Of a stretch of 64,000 nt of DNA, positions 1 through 12,789 are shown in pieces. The stretch comes from Heterodontus francisci (Eukaryota). The notes beneath the pieces were generated by a model. The model saw nothing but the letters and a program-made list of their open reading frames with translations. It made no database searches and was not told the DNA's origin. Made by a program: the position numbers and the translations under genes. Position 1 is the first letter of the stretch. Every line of letters begins with the position of its first letter. The DNA lies in NCBI RefSeq assembly GCF_036365525.1, contig NC_090401.1:34784745-34848744 (forward strand), given 5' to 3'.

Positions 1-332
1 GGAAAGCAATAAGAACAAGAGCTGACCTGTCATCCCCACCAACTTCCTAATCAAGGAGACAAGCTAATTGTGGTATCCCATTTTGCTGCTTTGGCTGAAA
101 TTAGCAACTCTACTCATTCAGGAGACCAAACCTAGGACCTTCCCGATGCACAATCCGTCATCTCTGACTTGTACAAAACTCTGCTACTCTTATTCTGTCC
201 TGCACTCAGCTTCACTCACCAATTAGTCCTGTCCTTGGTTATGTACATTGGCTCCCTGTCCCTGTATAATAAATTAAAATCCTGTTCCTCATTTTTTAAA
301 ATATCTTCCCCCATTTTAGAGTCATAGATAGT

Positions 333-653
333 GAGATACAGCACTGAAACAGGCCCTTTGGCCCACTGAGTCTGTGCTGACCAACAACCACCCATTTATA
401 CTAATCCTACATTAATTCCATATTCCCTACCACATCCCCACCATTCTCCTACCACCTACCTACATGAGGGGCAGTTTACAATGGCCAATTTACCTATCAA
501 CCTGAAAATCTTTGGCTGTGGGAGGAAACCAGAGCACCCGGTGGAAACCCACGCAGTCACAGGGAGAACTTCCAAACTCCGCACAGGCAGTACCCAGAAC
601 TGAACCCGGGTCGCTGGAGCTGTGAGGCTGCGGTGCTAACCACTGTGCCGCCC
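333..653 (-). mobile_element. HE1-like tRNA-derived V-SINE
   Basis: Minus strand begins GGGCGGCACAGTGGTTAGCACCGCAGCCTCACAGCTCCAGCGACCCGGGTTCA (tRNA-like A/B boxes), has the central GGTTTCCTCCCACAGCCAAAGA V-domain motif and a CR1-like 3' tail; three more copies in the window. Confidence 0.85.
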
Positions 654-1043
654 CTTATCTCTGCAATTTCTTCCAGCCCTTTATCCCCTGTCAAACACCA
701 CGTTGTTTTGATCCCTGCTTTCTATGCTTCCCTTTTTTCCCCATCCCTGGAGGGAGAGCGTCAGCACCTTGGTCCATTAATTCTGGAACTCTTCTCATAA
801 CTTAAAGTCCTCTAAAACCCACTTGTTCAGTCAAGCTTAATTTCTCTCCCTTTCTGGCTTGGTGTCTGTTTACTTATGCTTATTTACGAAGCACTTTGGG
901 ACATTTCTTTGTTATAGGTGCTATATAAATGTACATTATTTTTGTATGCCTCCATACAATGTCACATGGTGCATTTACCTATTGCATCGCAGGGGTGCTG
1001 CAAATTATTAATTGATTTTCTGGAATGTTTTAGTTGCTAGTAA

Positions 1044-1705
1044 AGCCAGGATTTTATGTGGTCCCCCGAGGCAGGGTTGGAGACGGTGGGGTACGGAGTA
1101 TCGTGACTGGGGACGAAGGCCCCATCACCAAGCAATCTTCCCGGGATAGACCCGTCAACCCCCAGAGGCCAATTGAAGCCCTTAAGTGGCCTATTAACAG
1201 CCTCTTCCTGATGCCTCTGGGATCTTAACAATGGCAGGGGTGCCTCCGCTGCACGTGGAGGGCGCCTTGTAATATGAAGCATGCTCACTGCGGGCATTGT
1301 GGGGGGAATCATTCCTCCGTGGCAGTCTGTGGCCCACTGAGGAACCCGGCCGGGAACCACTTTATTCCCTCTCCCCCTAGAATGCACGATGATTCCCCCA
1401 CTGGCACCTTCCTGACTGGTCCTGGCAACCCCGCCACACTTATGAGGTCCAGGGTTCCAGCGCTGGGACAGGGTCCAAAGTCTCTGCAGTACCGGCAATG
1501 ACCACTACTCCCATAACGCTACCAATACTGCTGAGCTGCTGGCTGTACGATTGCCGGCAGCTCTTGGAGGCAGGATCCCCATCTTTTAAAGGATTTAAAA
1601 AGACCGGAGGATCGCTCCAGGGAGGCTCGAAAAGGCAGAGGTGGGCTTTCCCCTGCCTTTTCAGCCTGGTGCCAGGAGTCCCACCTCCAATACAAAATCC
1701 TGTCC
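1044..1705. mobile_element. Non-autonomous PIF/Harbinger-like DNA transposon (MITE)
   Basis: Imperfect 12-bp TIRs AGCCAGGATTTT (1044) / AAAATCCTGTCC (ends 1705), flanked by TAA on both sides (1041-1043, 1706-1708); GC-rich interior with no credible ORF. Confidence 0.7.
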
Positions 1706-2679
1706 TAAATGTATCAGAGGTACTTTTTTGGCTGAAGTAGATGAAAATTTGAATCAATATTTGAGAATGTACCAGAAAAGCTGTTGAGCTCTTAATAGTC
1801 AGTCGCTTGTTAAAAGGGTGTTTTTATTTTCCTTGAGTGTATTGACTAAGAAAATGTATATTCATGCGTTACGTTCACAGTACCAGGGCCCTCGGATTCT
1901 GATCAATCTTCCCAAATGTTCCTGCATAGCTTGAAACATGCAATGGATTCCAATCAGGAAATTTTTTTCCCCCCAGTTTCTTCCCTCCAGCACTTCTCCA
2001 AGAACTCAGTGTGTTGAAGCTAAAAAATCTCAATTTTTTTAAAAACTTGGGCTGCACATTTAGAAATATCTTTTTTTTTAATTGCCAATTTGAGGATTTT
2101 AACTCCATCAGTCTCAGGGGTACCTATCTAATTTTTCAGAGGTGGGTGTGAAAGTCATCGCACTGTTGCACTCAATGGAGCAGAAGTCTTTTTCTCATCC
2201 TGCACAGTCTATCACAGCAGAGCTTTAATTTAGAAACTTTCATCGAGAGAACCCGCCGGTAATCCATGCATTGCCTTGACAGAAACTGCACTGTGCAATA
2301 CTGAAGCAGAGAAGCTTGGAAGAAAAGTTGGAGGGAATAGATAAAATTATTTTTACTGTATGTGCACGTAACTAGTTTGTCTATTGTGATCAACTGCATT
2401 TGTTAGTATTGTACTTGCTGTTTACTGCCACAGGGGACACTAGTAGCCTTGTAAATATTACACAATCATGCTAGCAACATTTGGTAAAGGCACTAGCAGA
2501 GTTTCAACACAGCTTGACGTGTACAGTAAGAGAAACTGTTAACTGAATTGGATCCAATAGTGTGCACGCTTAGGTAAGGTATAACAAACAATATGTTCAT
2601 AAATAAAGCAGTAAACCGATTTCGGTTTGCAAATTGAAATGCACAGCTGTGTCCTGACCAATTGCAGATCGAACTTCAG

Positions 2680-3295
2680 TTTAGGGCTTTGTGGATAATC
2701 GTAGTTATTAAAGTAAGGATGTTATGCTTCAGTTATACAGGGCATTGGTGAGACCACATCTCGAATACTGTGTGCACTTCTGGCCTCCTTATTTAAGGAA
2801 GGATGTAAATGCATTGGAGGAGGTTTACTAGACTGATACCTGGAATGAGTGGGTTAGCTTATGAGGAAAGGATGGACAGACTGGGCTTGTTTTCAACTGT
2901 AGTTTAGAAGAATGAGCGGAGACCTGATTGAAGTTTATAAGACTTCTGAATGCTCTTGACAAGGTGGATATGGAAAGGATCTTTCCTCTTGTGGGTGAGT
3001 CCATAACTAGGGGGCATGGTTTTATAATTAGGGGTCGCCCTTTTAGGACAGAGATGAGGAGAAATTTTTTTATTTGAGGGTTGTGCAACTTTGGAACACT
3101 CTGCCTCAGAAGGTGGTGGAGGCGGGGTCATTGAATATTTTTAAGGCGGAGGTAGATAGATTCTTCGGCAAGGGAATCGAAGGTTATGGGGGGTAGATGG
3201 GAGTGTGGAATTTGAGACCGATCTGCCATGATAATGAATGGTAGAGCAGGCTAGAGGGGCTGAATGGCTGTCTTCTGCTCCTAATTCGTATGTTA
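2680..3295 (+). mobile_element. CR1/HER1-type LINE 3' fragment
   Basis: Decayed CR1 ORF2 C-terminus (LYRALVRPHLEYCVHFW) and typical 3' UTR ending ...CTTCTGCTCCTAATTCGTATGTT. Confidence 0.8.
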
Positions 3296-3410
3296 ACTAT
3301 CCATACTGCCCAGTTCTAGTTAGAGGAAGCCTGTACAGGCTTCCAGGAACTTTAAACAACTTTTATTCCTAGAATCGATTATATTAACTTCACCTTGTTT
3401 ATTGTTTCAG

Positions 3411-3474
3411 ATATGTGTCCTGTGTGCTTGGCTGTCCTTATGAAGGGAATGTTTCTCCTATTAAAGTTGCAGAG
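3411..3474 (+). CDS. HMGCL: HMG-CoA lyase, internal exon (equivalent to human exon 6, 64 nt)
   Basis: Acceptor tgtttcag; encodes YVSCVLGCPYEGNVSPIKVAE; donor is GAG|GCAAGT (GC donor). Upstream exons not found in the window. Confidence 0.95.
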
Positions 3475-3780
3475 GCAAGTATAGTGGGAGTGGGGGGGGG
3501 AAGAGGAGGAACACAAATTGAAATTTACTGAAACATTTTTCTTGCAGTGTAAAACTGGTGGACATTCTCGTAATAAATTACTACATGTATAAAATGGATG
3601 TTAAGCTATGAAAATCAGCTATAAATAAAAAATGGTTATATTCTCACTAATTTAGTGATGTTCTACAGTAAAGTTGTATGTCACTAAATATTCAGGTGCA
3701 TTGCGGAATCAACAGAACTGGTTGAAAGTTGCCATTAAAGACCAGTATCAACCTTTCAACTGACACTGTGCTTTTTGCAG

Positions 3781-3969
3781 GTGGCCAAGAAGCTCTATGC
3801 AATGGGTTGTTATGAGATATCCCTGGGAGATACCATTGGTGTAGGAACACCAGGCAGCATGCGAGAAATGCTGACTGCTGTAATCAAGGAGATTCCAGTC
3901 AGTGCACTAGCTGTACACTGTCATGATACATATGGCCAAGCTCTTGTTAACATATTTGCAGCATTACAG
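3781..3969 (+). CDS. HMGCL: HMG-CoA lyase, internal exon (189 nt)
   Basis: Acceptor ctttttgcag; [25 protein letters not shown]...[20 protein letters not shown] with the metal-binding HxH; donor CAG|GCAAGT. Confidence 0.97.
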
Positions 3970-5128
3970 GCAAGTGATTTTTAAGTGATGGCTTTTATGG
4001 ATTTTGTTGTTTTTTAATTAGGAAGCTTGAGTTTTAGTAAAATTGCCTCGATAAACTGAGTTTCAACAGATTATAAGTGACTGATTTCACTGTTGTAATA
4101 TTGACTTGAATGTAGCTTCTACACCTTGAGCATATAGTTACATGTCCACAGACATACTTTCTAGCTCACAGCACCATGATAATTTGAAATTTTTCTGATG
4201 TATCAAATTTACTTCTGGATAAAGCCCTGTACACCACATTCTTGCATGCAATGGGTAGTGGTTTTAAACAGTACAGAACTGATGAGATACAGTCAGCTTT
4301 AATTATCAATTTATCTTTCCTTCCTTCCTTCTCCATTTAAGCAGTATCTTTTTCTTGGGATTAAAAACTGACCACTTCTGTAGTGATAAGTCACTGAGAA
4401 TAACAGGGTACCTTTTTACTATTTAGGTGTTGATGCTAAGACATTAGTGATTTTGATGGACAAGAAGTCTGAACTGGTTGTATTGGCATCCCCTCACCCT
4501 GTGAAGAAAAACAGGAGGGATGGGCAGAACATATTACATTATACCTTGGAAAACTACTTTTATATTTAAAAAAAAAAAATCAATTTTAGACTTTGGAGTG
4601 TGTCCACAATGTATTAAACACTTTTTGGAATTGTATGACTGAAAAATGCTGTAGGAGAAGTATGGAAATATAGCAAAAATATCATTTGCCATCAGAAAAA
4701 CAGCAGAATTTGTGCAAAACAAATGAATTAGCAGTATGTTAACTGGTTCAAAATATAAATTGAAACTTAAGAACATCCTTGTGATATAAGGTGCAATCAA
4801 TTGTAGTGTCAAGGGATGATAACACATAGGTTCTTCTCACCATGATCAGGCGTCTTATTTTCAGGCACCCTGGCAGGTCAAGTAGATTGAGTGAAAATTG
4901 ACCTATGTATCTCCTGCACCTTCGAGTGACCACCACAAAAGCAGCATGAAAAGTGGTAGCTGGGTAACTGTTGGTTTTTACTGATTTCCAATTTAAAATT
5001 TAGCTGCCACAATAATTTTTTATTACCTGGAAGTACAGGGCTTCACAGTAAGTTTAAACCCCACCAGTAAAGCAGCTTTTAATGTTCAGAGTGTGCTGCT
5101 GAACTGGAGCTTTCCACTTGTTTTTCAG

Positions 5129-5254
5129 ATGGGAATTTCTACAGTAGACTCATCTGTGGCTGGCTTGGGTGGCTGTCCTTACGCACAAGGTGCATCTGGA
5201 AATGTAGCAACTGAGGATGTAGTGTACATGTTGAATGGGCTGGGAATTTACACA
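5129..5254 (+). CDS. HMGCL: HMG-CoA lyase, internal exon (126 nt)
   Basis: Acceptor tttttcag; [42 protein letters not shown] with the active-site GGCPY signature; donor gtaagt. Confidence 0.97.
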
Positions 5255-5450
5255 GTAAGTATGCCTTTTAGGGAAACATTTTGTTTTCATTTTAGCTTTT
5301 CAGATTGTTCTTAGTTTGACGGCATGTACACATGCCAACCAAAGAAGATTTGACCTGGGGAAGATCAATTTTTTTCAGCTCGAGATAGCAAACTGTCATG
5401 GAAGGATACTTGTAATTTACATGGCTGCATTTGCTGACAACGCAACCACT

Positions 5451-5799
5451 AGTTTAGTTTAGAAATACAGCACTGAAACAGGCCCTTCGGCCCACCGAGT
5501 CTGTGCCGACCATCAACCACCCATTTATACTAATCCTACACTAATTCCATATTCCTACCACATCCCCACCTGTCCCTATATTTCCCTACCACCTACCTAT
5601 ACTAGGGTCAATTTATAATGGCCAATTTACCTATCAACCTGCAAGTCTTTGGCATGTGGGAGGAAACCGGAGCACCCGAAGGAAACCCATGCAGACACAG
5701 GGAGAACTTGCAAACTCCACACAGGCAGTACCCAGAATTGAACCCGGGTCGCTGGAGCTGTGAGGCTGCGGTGCTAACCACTGCGCCACTGTGCCGCCC
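5451..5799 (-). mobile_element. HE1-like V-SINE
   Basis: Near-identical to the copy at 333-653, with (CTAAA)n-like tail. Confidence 0.85.
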
Positions 5800-6680
5800 T
5801 GTACTGGTGGCGCTGTACTGGCACATGCGCAAATGCAGCCTGTTCCACCTAAACGTCACAGTCTGCGATGTTAAGGCAGCTGCCAGAACTAAAGATGGCG
5901 CTGTCAAATAATCACAATGACAAAGTAAACCTTTGGCAGCACGCAATACAAATCTAAAGTACAGCACCTCTGACAGTGCTGAAGAATTCTAATTGTTTTC
6001 AGTGCCATTTCGCTCTGGCCGCTCGCTCTCTGCCTCTTTCCCGCACCGCGCAGGCCCAAGAAGCAAAGCGATGTAGGAGCATGTGGCAGAGAGAAGGGAA
6101 GCGATGCCGCCTTGAGCTAGCGTCTGGAGGGATTGGAGAGAGAGTGGGTGGAGGGGGGTGGGGTGTGGAGAGGCGGGGTAGGAGATGGAGCGGAGCGGTG
6201 GGATGGGGGGGGGGGGAGGGGCGGGAGCGGTCGGAGAGAGTGGGGGGTGGGGGAGCGGAGCCGACCAGGCGCTTGCACGAAGATGTACATGTTACGTGAT
6301 GACGTTGTCGGCGCATGCGCTAACCAATCCTGGCAAGTCGGAACGTCGCGCACGCGCAGAGAGCAGGAGCCCATCGGCGCATGTGCGTATCTTGGTGCAG
6401 CCTGATGACGTCACCAGCCGGCTGCGTTGTCGGGAATCACTTTGAATTTACATAGCTTCCACTACAAGACTGCCTTAGTTTTCAACAGGAGTTGTGAATC
6501 CATAGTGGACCTTAGTTTTAAGTATTTCAATTTCTATCAGAGAAAGGAGCAAACTGTTTTGATAAAATACATTTTTAGACCCCATCTCTCACTAGCACAT
6601 GAATTTCCCACCCACTCCTCTCTCTTTGGAACAGCACTGAAATTGTCTGGATTCAGAAGTTCCTTTTTCTCTCCACCCTT

Positions 6681-7245
6681 CAAACATACGAACATATGAA
6701 TTAGGAGCAGGAGTAGGCCACTCGACCCTTTGAGCCTGCTCCACCATTCAATAAGTTCATGGCTGAACCGATTACTCCACATTTCCACCTACCCCCGATA
6801 ACCTTCCACCCCCTTGCTTATCAAGAATCTATCTACCTCTGCCTTAACAATATTCAAAGTCTCTGTTTCCACCTCCTTTTGAGGAAGAGAATTCCAAAGA
6901 CTGCGGACCCTCTGAGAAAAAACAATTCTCCTCATCTTTGTCTTAAATGGGCGACCACTTATTTTTAAACAGTGACCTCTTTGTTCTAGATTCTCCCACA
7001 AGGGGAAACATCCTTTCCACATCCACCCTGTCAAGACCCCTCAGGATCTTGTATGTTTCAATCAAGTTGCCTGTTACTCTTCTAAATTCCAGCGGATACA
7101 AGCCTAGCCTGTCCATTCTTTCCTCGTAAGACAGCCTGCCCATTTAAGGTATTAGTCTAGTAAACCTTCTCTGCACTGCCTCCAATGCATTTACATCCTT
7201 CCTTAAATGAGACCAGTACTGTACACAGTATTCCAGATGTGCATG
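6681..7245 (-). mobile_element. CR1/HER1-type LINE 3' fragment
   Basis: ORFs 6943-7143 and 6789-7034: LSYEERMDRLGLYPLEFRR...GLDRVDVERMFPL, FSQRVRSLWNSLP. Confidence 0.85.
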
Positions 7246-8471
7246 TATAGAGAAAGGATGTGCAAAAAGTAAGACTTATAATCCTTATAGCTCAACCAAC
7301 ACAGTGCTTTCAGAAAAGAAGGCAGTGGAGCAACACAAGTGCTGTTTTTTTGTGTCCTTTTTTTTTTTAAGTCCACAGTAAACCGTTGTCTCTGCTAGTC
7401 ATCCCTTCAAATGACAGCCTTGCATATAATTTCATGGTGTTAACAGATGCTTTATTGGTGAATGTATTCTGCTTCAAATGCTCATTTGAACTACTGCTAA
7501 GATCATATTGCCCAAACTGGCAATAACATAAGTCTATATATTTTGACGATTCCCTTCTGCACACTCCATGGCATCAAATAAAGATGCAAAGATCTTCCAT
7601 CAAAGAACACAGTTTCAATCCATAATTCTTTGGCTTTTTTTTTTGCCTTGTTCAGGATTCTTGTATTTATTCTGTGTCAGCCACATTTTACTAAATGATG
7701 CAGAAGTGAATATACCCTGCTCTATAATCCCCAAGGCAATCATTTTCAAACAGGACAGGAAATGTCTCTGAACTTAATTTGTATGGAGGCTGCTGAATGT
7801 CACATGACAATCCAATGTTAATGTGCTTGATTAACTTTAAGCATTTTAAGCTGTCTAATAATTTTCCATTCACTACTTTGAAAAGTATAAACTGCATTCA
7901 TCACTCTGCAAATCAGCCCACTGCTTCAGGCTCTGCTTTTCATAGCACTCATTTTTTGGGAGGATGGCCTAGCTCCTCACATCGACAAGTTGAGCAGAGA
8001 TGCTTTCTTTTAATCATCTTTATAGGACTCACTTCTTAGCACCAGTGGGGCTCTTTTGGATGATTTTGTTTTGGTATATAAAGGCCCTGTGGCTGATTTT
8101 TGTTCAGTTTATAACGGTTGCCTAGATGTTTTTCTGCACTCGTACAAAAATGGCTAACTACACCACTTCTCTGGAACATAAATGTGGGTAATACTGGTGT
8201 CTACTAGATTTGTTCTTTGATTTTGTTTCTGGGATATCTGCAAGGTAAAAATAGAATGAAACTTTTTTAGTCCAGTTTGCAACACGAATCTCAAGATTTT
8301 AAGTGATATTTTTGTTGGAAATTACAGTGAAAGTCTATAATTAAGTTGATGTACAAAAAAGAGATCCAACACAACCATCAAGTTCATCAACATTGCTGTT
8401 GCCCAGTGCCTTCCTAATAATGAATGCACTCCTGAGCAGGCTCTGTGCCTGCTAATATTGGCTCTTTTATA

Positions 8472-8475
<4 letters not shown>

Positions 8476-8516
<41 letters not shown>

Positions 8517-8520
8517 AAAA
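8476..8520. repeat. (TA)n microsatellite followed by poly-A
   Basis: About 18 TA units followed by an A run. Confidence 0.95.
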
Positions 8521-9715
8521 TCCTGCATATAAGCATAACTTTTGGACAATCAGCCCAAATTGGTGAATTATGGGTCCCTGCCACTTTACAAAGCAGGTGG
8601 GAGGGACCATCATCAGAGGCCCCTTTGGAGCCTGTTGAGGCGCATTGCAGTTTCCAATTTTTGCTACAATTGGAACTGTCCGGACCGTTATCTAATTTCC
8701 CCTAATTTCTCCCACTATCTATCGCTAGCTGTGCCTGTTCTAGCATTCAGGTACTGAAATTTTAAAACTGAACTGTTTTTGTTGAGTCCAGGCGATGAAA
8801 CTAATGTGTGCCAATCCAAGGGGATGGCTTGATGGGAAATATCTAAAACACAATTGAAATAAGAGCCTAGAAATTTCCTATTGATATTCAGAGGTTTACT
8901 GAGTTTTGGGCAGAATTTATTCCTGCTGATTTACACATGATATGCAGTGAGTTAACTAACGAAAGGGGGCAGCAATAATTTTAATCAACTGTAAACTTGA
9001 ATTAGATATTCAACCAGCTGGAGTAGTACTAGGAAGGCAAAGCCAACTGTTAACCTAACCAAATTATTTTAGAATTGGACATTATGAAGTGAGGAAAATT
9101 AGTCTGACAAGCCAGTAGTTGTCAATCCTTCCGCAAAAACTCGGGTGCATTGATTAGTTCGGACAAGATTGGAGGTTAAATTTCAGTTTTCATTGTCCTC
9201 AATTTTTGTACAACTACACACACCTGAGTCTAAGTCTAAAAATGTTCAATTTTTATTTTCTATCTTTTATTTCTAAACTTCAGTATTATTGCATTTTGAT
9301 CTAATTGCTGTGTACATAGCAGATTGTTCATTTCCTGTGTTTGAGCACAGTGTGATGCAACAGCACTTTTCTATCAGCTATCTTAGCTGAGCTTAAATAA
9401 CCAGATTACCTTTCAATTGGTTCTAATTAACAGGATTTAACTTCTTGAGATGCAGTGTATGAGTAATTTAAGACATGTTCAGTGTAGCATGTTTGAGAGG
9501 AGAAGGATAATTTTGGGTTTATGGTTCCCAAAGCTTTCCATTACTGGGGTTTCCCTTGTGTCATTTCTGGATTTGTTGGAGATTGATTGACAATTCTATT
9601 ATCATTGTATATGTGACTACCACGATGGTAGAAGGCAAACGAAATTGACCATGGCCTTTTCGCATCTAGTAATTCCTATTATGACTGAATAAAACTTTAT
9701 TTACTTTTTTTTTAG

Positions 9716-9817
9716 GGAGTGGATCTGCAGAAGTTACTGGAGGCTGGTGTATATATCTGCAATGCCCTAAAAAGGAAAACCAGCTCTAAAGTCGCTCAGG
9801 CAACTTGCAAATTATAA
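9716..9817 (+). CDS. HMGCL: HMG-CoA lyase, last coding exon with C-terminal PTS1 (CKL)
   Basis: Acceptor tttttttag; [33 protein letters not shown], stop TAA followed by a second TAA. C-terminal CKL matches HMGCL rather than HMGCLL1. Confidence 0.96.
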   Translation, partial: GVDLQKLLEAGVYICNALKRKTSSKVAQATCKL

Positions 9818-9851
9818 TAATCAGTAAACTAATACACAGACTGAATCGAAG

Positions 9852-9857
9852 AATAAA
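9852..9857 (+). terminator. Candidate proximal polyadenylation signal of HMGCL
   Basis: AATAAA 35 nt after the stop; other AATAAA occur further downstream, so usage is unknown. Confidence 0.35.
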
Positions 9858-10002
9858 TGAGTACTGTAAGAATCTCCAGTCCACAACTTCCACCTTCCCC
9901 ACCATTATTTAAAATGATTTTATTGACTATTTGTCTTATTTTGCTCTTGTGTTGCTAAGTTTGAATCACATTCAGATGAGATAAGATAATAAATACATAG
10001 CA

Positions 10003-10106
10003 TAAAAGTGAAATCTGAAATAAAAACAGGAAATGCTAGAAATATTCAGGTCTGGCAGCATCTGTGGAGAGAGTGTTAATGTTTCAGGTCTATGACCTTT
10101 CATCAG
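10003..10106 (-). mobile_element. PLE terminal fragment with hammerhead-like core
   Basis: Minus strand reads CTGATGA-A-AGGTC-ATA-GACCT-GAAAC-ATT-AAC followed by the shared ...CCACAGATGCTGCCAGACC... terminus. Confidence 0.75.
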
Positions 10107-12789
10107 ATCAGATAATGCAGAAACTTTCCCAGAAGTTTCATTAATTAATCAGCGGAGCAAATGGGTCTTTCAACAACTGCCTGATCACCCTTTGATTGCT
10201 GATGGACCTTTTCTTTTCAAAATATGCAAATATTTTCTTGTATAATGTCTGGAAAATGGGGTTATGTAAACTTGTGACAAATGGTATAATTAACAATACA
10301 AATTAACGAAAGAGAATTTTTCTTGAGGTTCTCTTCCCATTCCACCTGAAGAAAAATAATTGAAATGTTTTGTTTTGGAGCAGAAATAGATCTACAGTCT
10401 TCTGAAGATTGTTTGGTATTTAGGATTTTGCCTGTCAATTAAATGAAACCTGGTGCTAGGTCCTTGTTGTCATATCTATGTATGATATTGGGCTAGATTC
10501 TGAAGTTTTTTTTTTAGTACTTGTTCCCTTTAAAGAGAAAGTAACTCTAGGTGCAGGCATTATCTATCAATTGCAGGTGCTTTTTCTGATATGCATCCCT
10601 CTTCGGTACCTAGTGCTTTTCCTTCCATATTACAGGTCACACTGGGCCCTTCCATCTGCAGTTAAGTTGAACAACCTTCTGGACTTCCACAAGGCTCTCC
10701 TGAGCTAGCTGTTTCAGGTCAGGTGTGTAAAGTTACAAGAAAATATATGAGGAATATAAAGATTCCAAGGCTATAGACACACTTGATCCGGTGTGTGGTT
10801 CCCATTCATTTTCATTTTATTTTCTTGGTACCAAAATAAAATTCTCAACAAAGCAGTTCTAAACTTTAAGAGTTGGCTCTAGTAGTTTTTCTGTAATTAT
10901 AAATGAATGAGAAGGAAATCTATGCAAATATACTATGTTCGGTTATATTCATGCATTAATACATTAGTCAATTTAACTGAACAGCCATACAAAAACATTT
11001 TTCAAAATTCAGAAAATATGAACAGCAATTGTTTTAAATGCCTATTAATGGAACTCTGGTGCAAAGCTGTCAGATATTGTGATATAATTTATACAGGATC
11101 TGCTGTTTTTCTGTAGCCTGAAGAGGAATTAAACTCAATGGCCCTAATTCACATTATATGATTCAGTCACAGGAACCTGCAGTCTTATGACACTTGCTGA
11201 CACAACCAAAAAATGGTCAAAAATGTTACCAAATTTTGGAATTTCAGTATACCATTTTCCAGTTTATAAAAGTGCCTCATTATAGCTGCTATACCATTTG
11301 TACTTATTCGTTACAAGCCATGGCAGTGCACACACTGTCTTAGATAAATGGTAAACATCCCAATAGCTTCTAACTATGATATTCAGTTATCACAGTCATT
11401 TGTTGTAAAGAAAATGTTTGATATTAAAGATATGCATCTTAATTATTTTGCAATCCAAATTATGGCAGTATAATGGTATGTTACAAGGTTTGTAAACCAG
11501 AGGCCTTGACTAATAATCCAGAGAATGTAAATTCAAATTTCACTGGCAGTTTCTGAATTTGAATTGTTCAAATTGTTTTTTTTCTGGAAATAGAGCTGCC
11601 ATCAGTTATTTTAAATGATTATGATGCCATCAGATTATCATTTTTAAAGCTTTCCATTAGGGAAGGAGACCTGCCCTTATCCACCCAGGCTGTTGCATGG
11701 CTGCAGTCCTACATCAACTCTTACCTGCCTTCTGAGGTGGTTTGGCGAAACACTTGGCTGTATCAAACCCCTATAAAGAAAAAGACTTGCATCTGTATAG
11801 CACCTTTCACAACCAGAGGACATTCCAAAGGGCTTTACAGCCAATGAAGTACTTCTGAAGTGTAGTCACTGTTTCAAGAAGGTGGCACACCACACCACCT
11901 TCTCAGGCAGCTAGGGATTGGTAATAATTACTGATCCTACCAATGACACCCATATCCTGAGAATGAACTTGAAAAAAATTGTTTTAAAAAGAAAACTTGT
12001 GAAAAATTTAGAGCAGTAACATGATTTCCGAAGGTAACAATCCTTTTCCCAACACCTTTGTTTAATTCATTCTGTATTTTATAACTTGTGAAATAATCAA
12101 TGTTAAAATGATCCAAGAAACTAATGTCAGAGCCTTTAACCAGGGAAACAGCATTTATTTGGAATAAATTGGAGAAAACATTTAAATTTCTTAAATGCAT
12201 TTCTACCCAACATATTTCAATGTTGCGTTTGAAAACAGTAAACTGTTGAGGCTTGCCTAAGCTATACACCATTTTTAAAAAAAAAAATTGTGTTGCACAA
12301 GATTCCTTTTTAAGTAACTGAATTGTTCCACTGTCAGGAACAATTGTTTTAAATGTCATGTTTAATTGCAGTTGTCTACAGCTGTGCAAACTGGTTAGAG
12401 ATTGTTGTGTATATAATTTTGACGTCTGAACTAATAAAGGATATGTATTTAAATATGTACTGAGTTTTTCCATACTAATGTGAGATACATAAGAAATTTA
12501 TCACATAGTACCTTAAGCATTATATGTCATGATCAGCAATGATCTAGTTGAATGGCAGAGCAGGCTTAAGGGACTGAATGGCTGCCTCCTGTTCCTATTT
12601 CCTATGGTTCTATGTCTATGCAGCAAAAATTGTGATTAAGCCCACATGTCAACCAATCTCTTTTTAAATTGCAAATTAACTATCTAATTGACTCATTTGA
12701 GCTTCACAATGAGGAAACACTCCATTGTGTTGTGTTGCACTAGCACTGTGCTAAATGGAGCAGATTCAGAACAGATCTAGCAGCTGAAA

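Noticed and set aside
1034-1757. Several overlapping 64-153 aa ORFs
   Set aside because: They lie inside the GC-rich Harbinger-like MITE and show no recognisable domain or splice pattern.
3475-3780. 306-nt GC-AG intron is a multiple of 3, suggesting in-frame retention
   Set aside because: An in-frame TGA occurs 19 codons in, so retention truncates the protein.
5976-6445. Pro/Gly-rich ORFs on both strands
   Set aside because: Products of G-run low-complexity, stop-poor sequence; no homology recognised.
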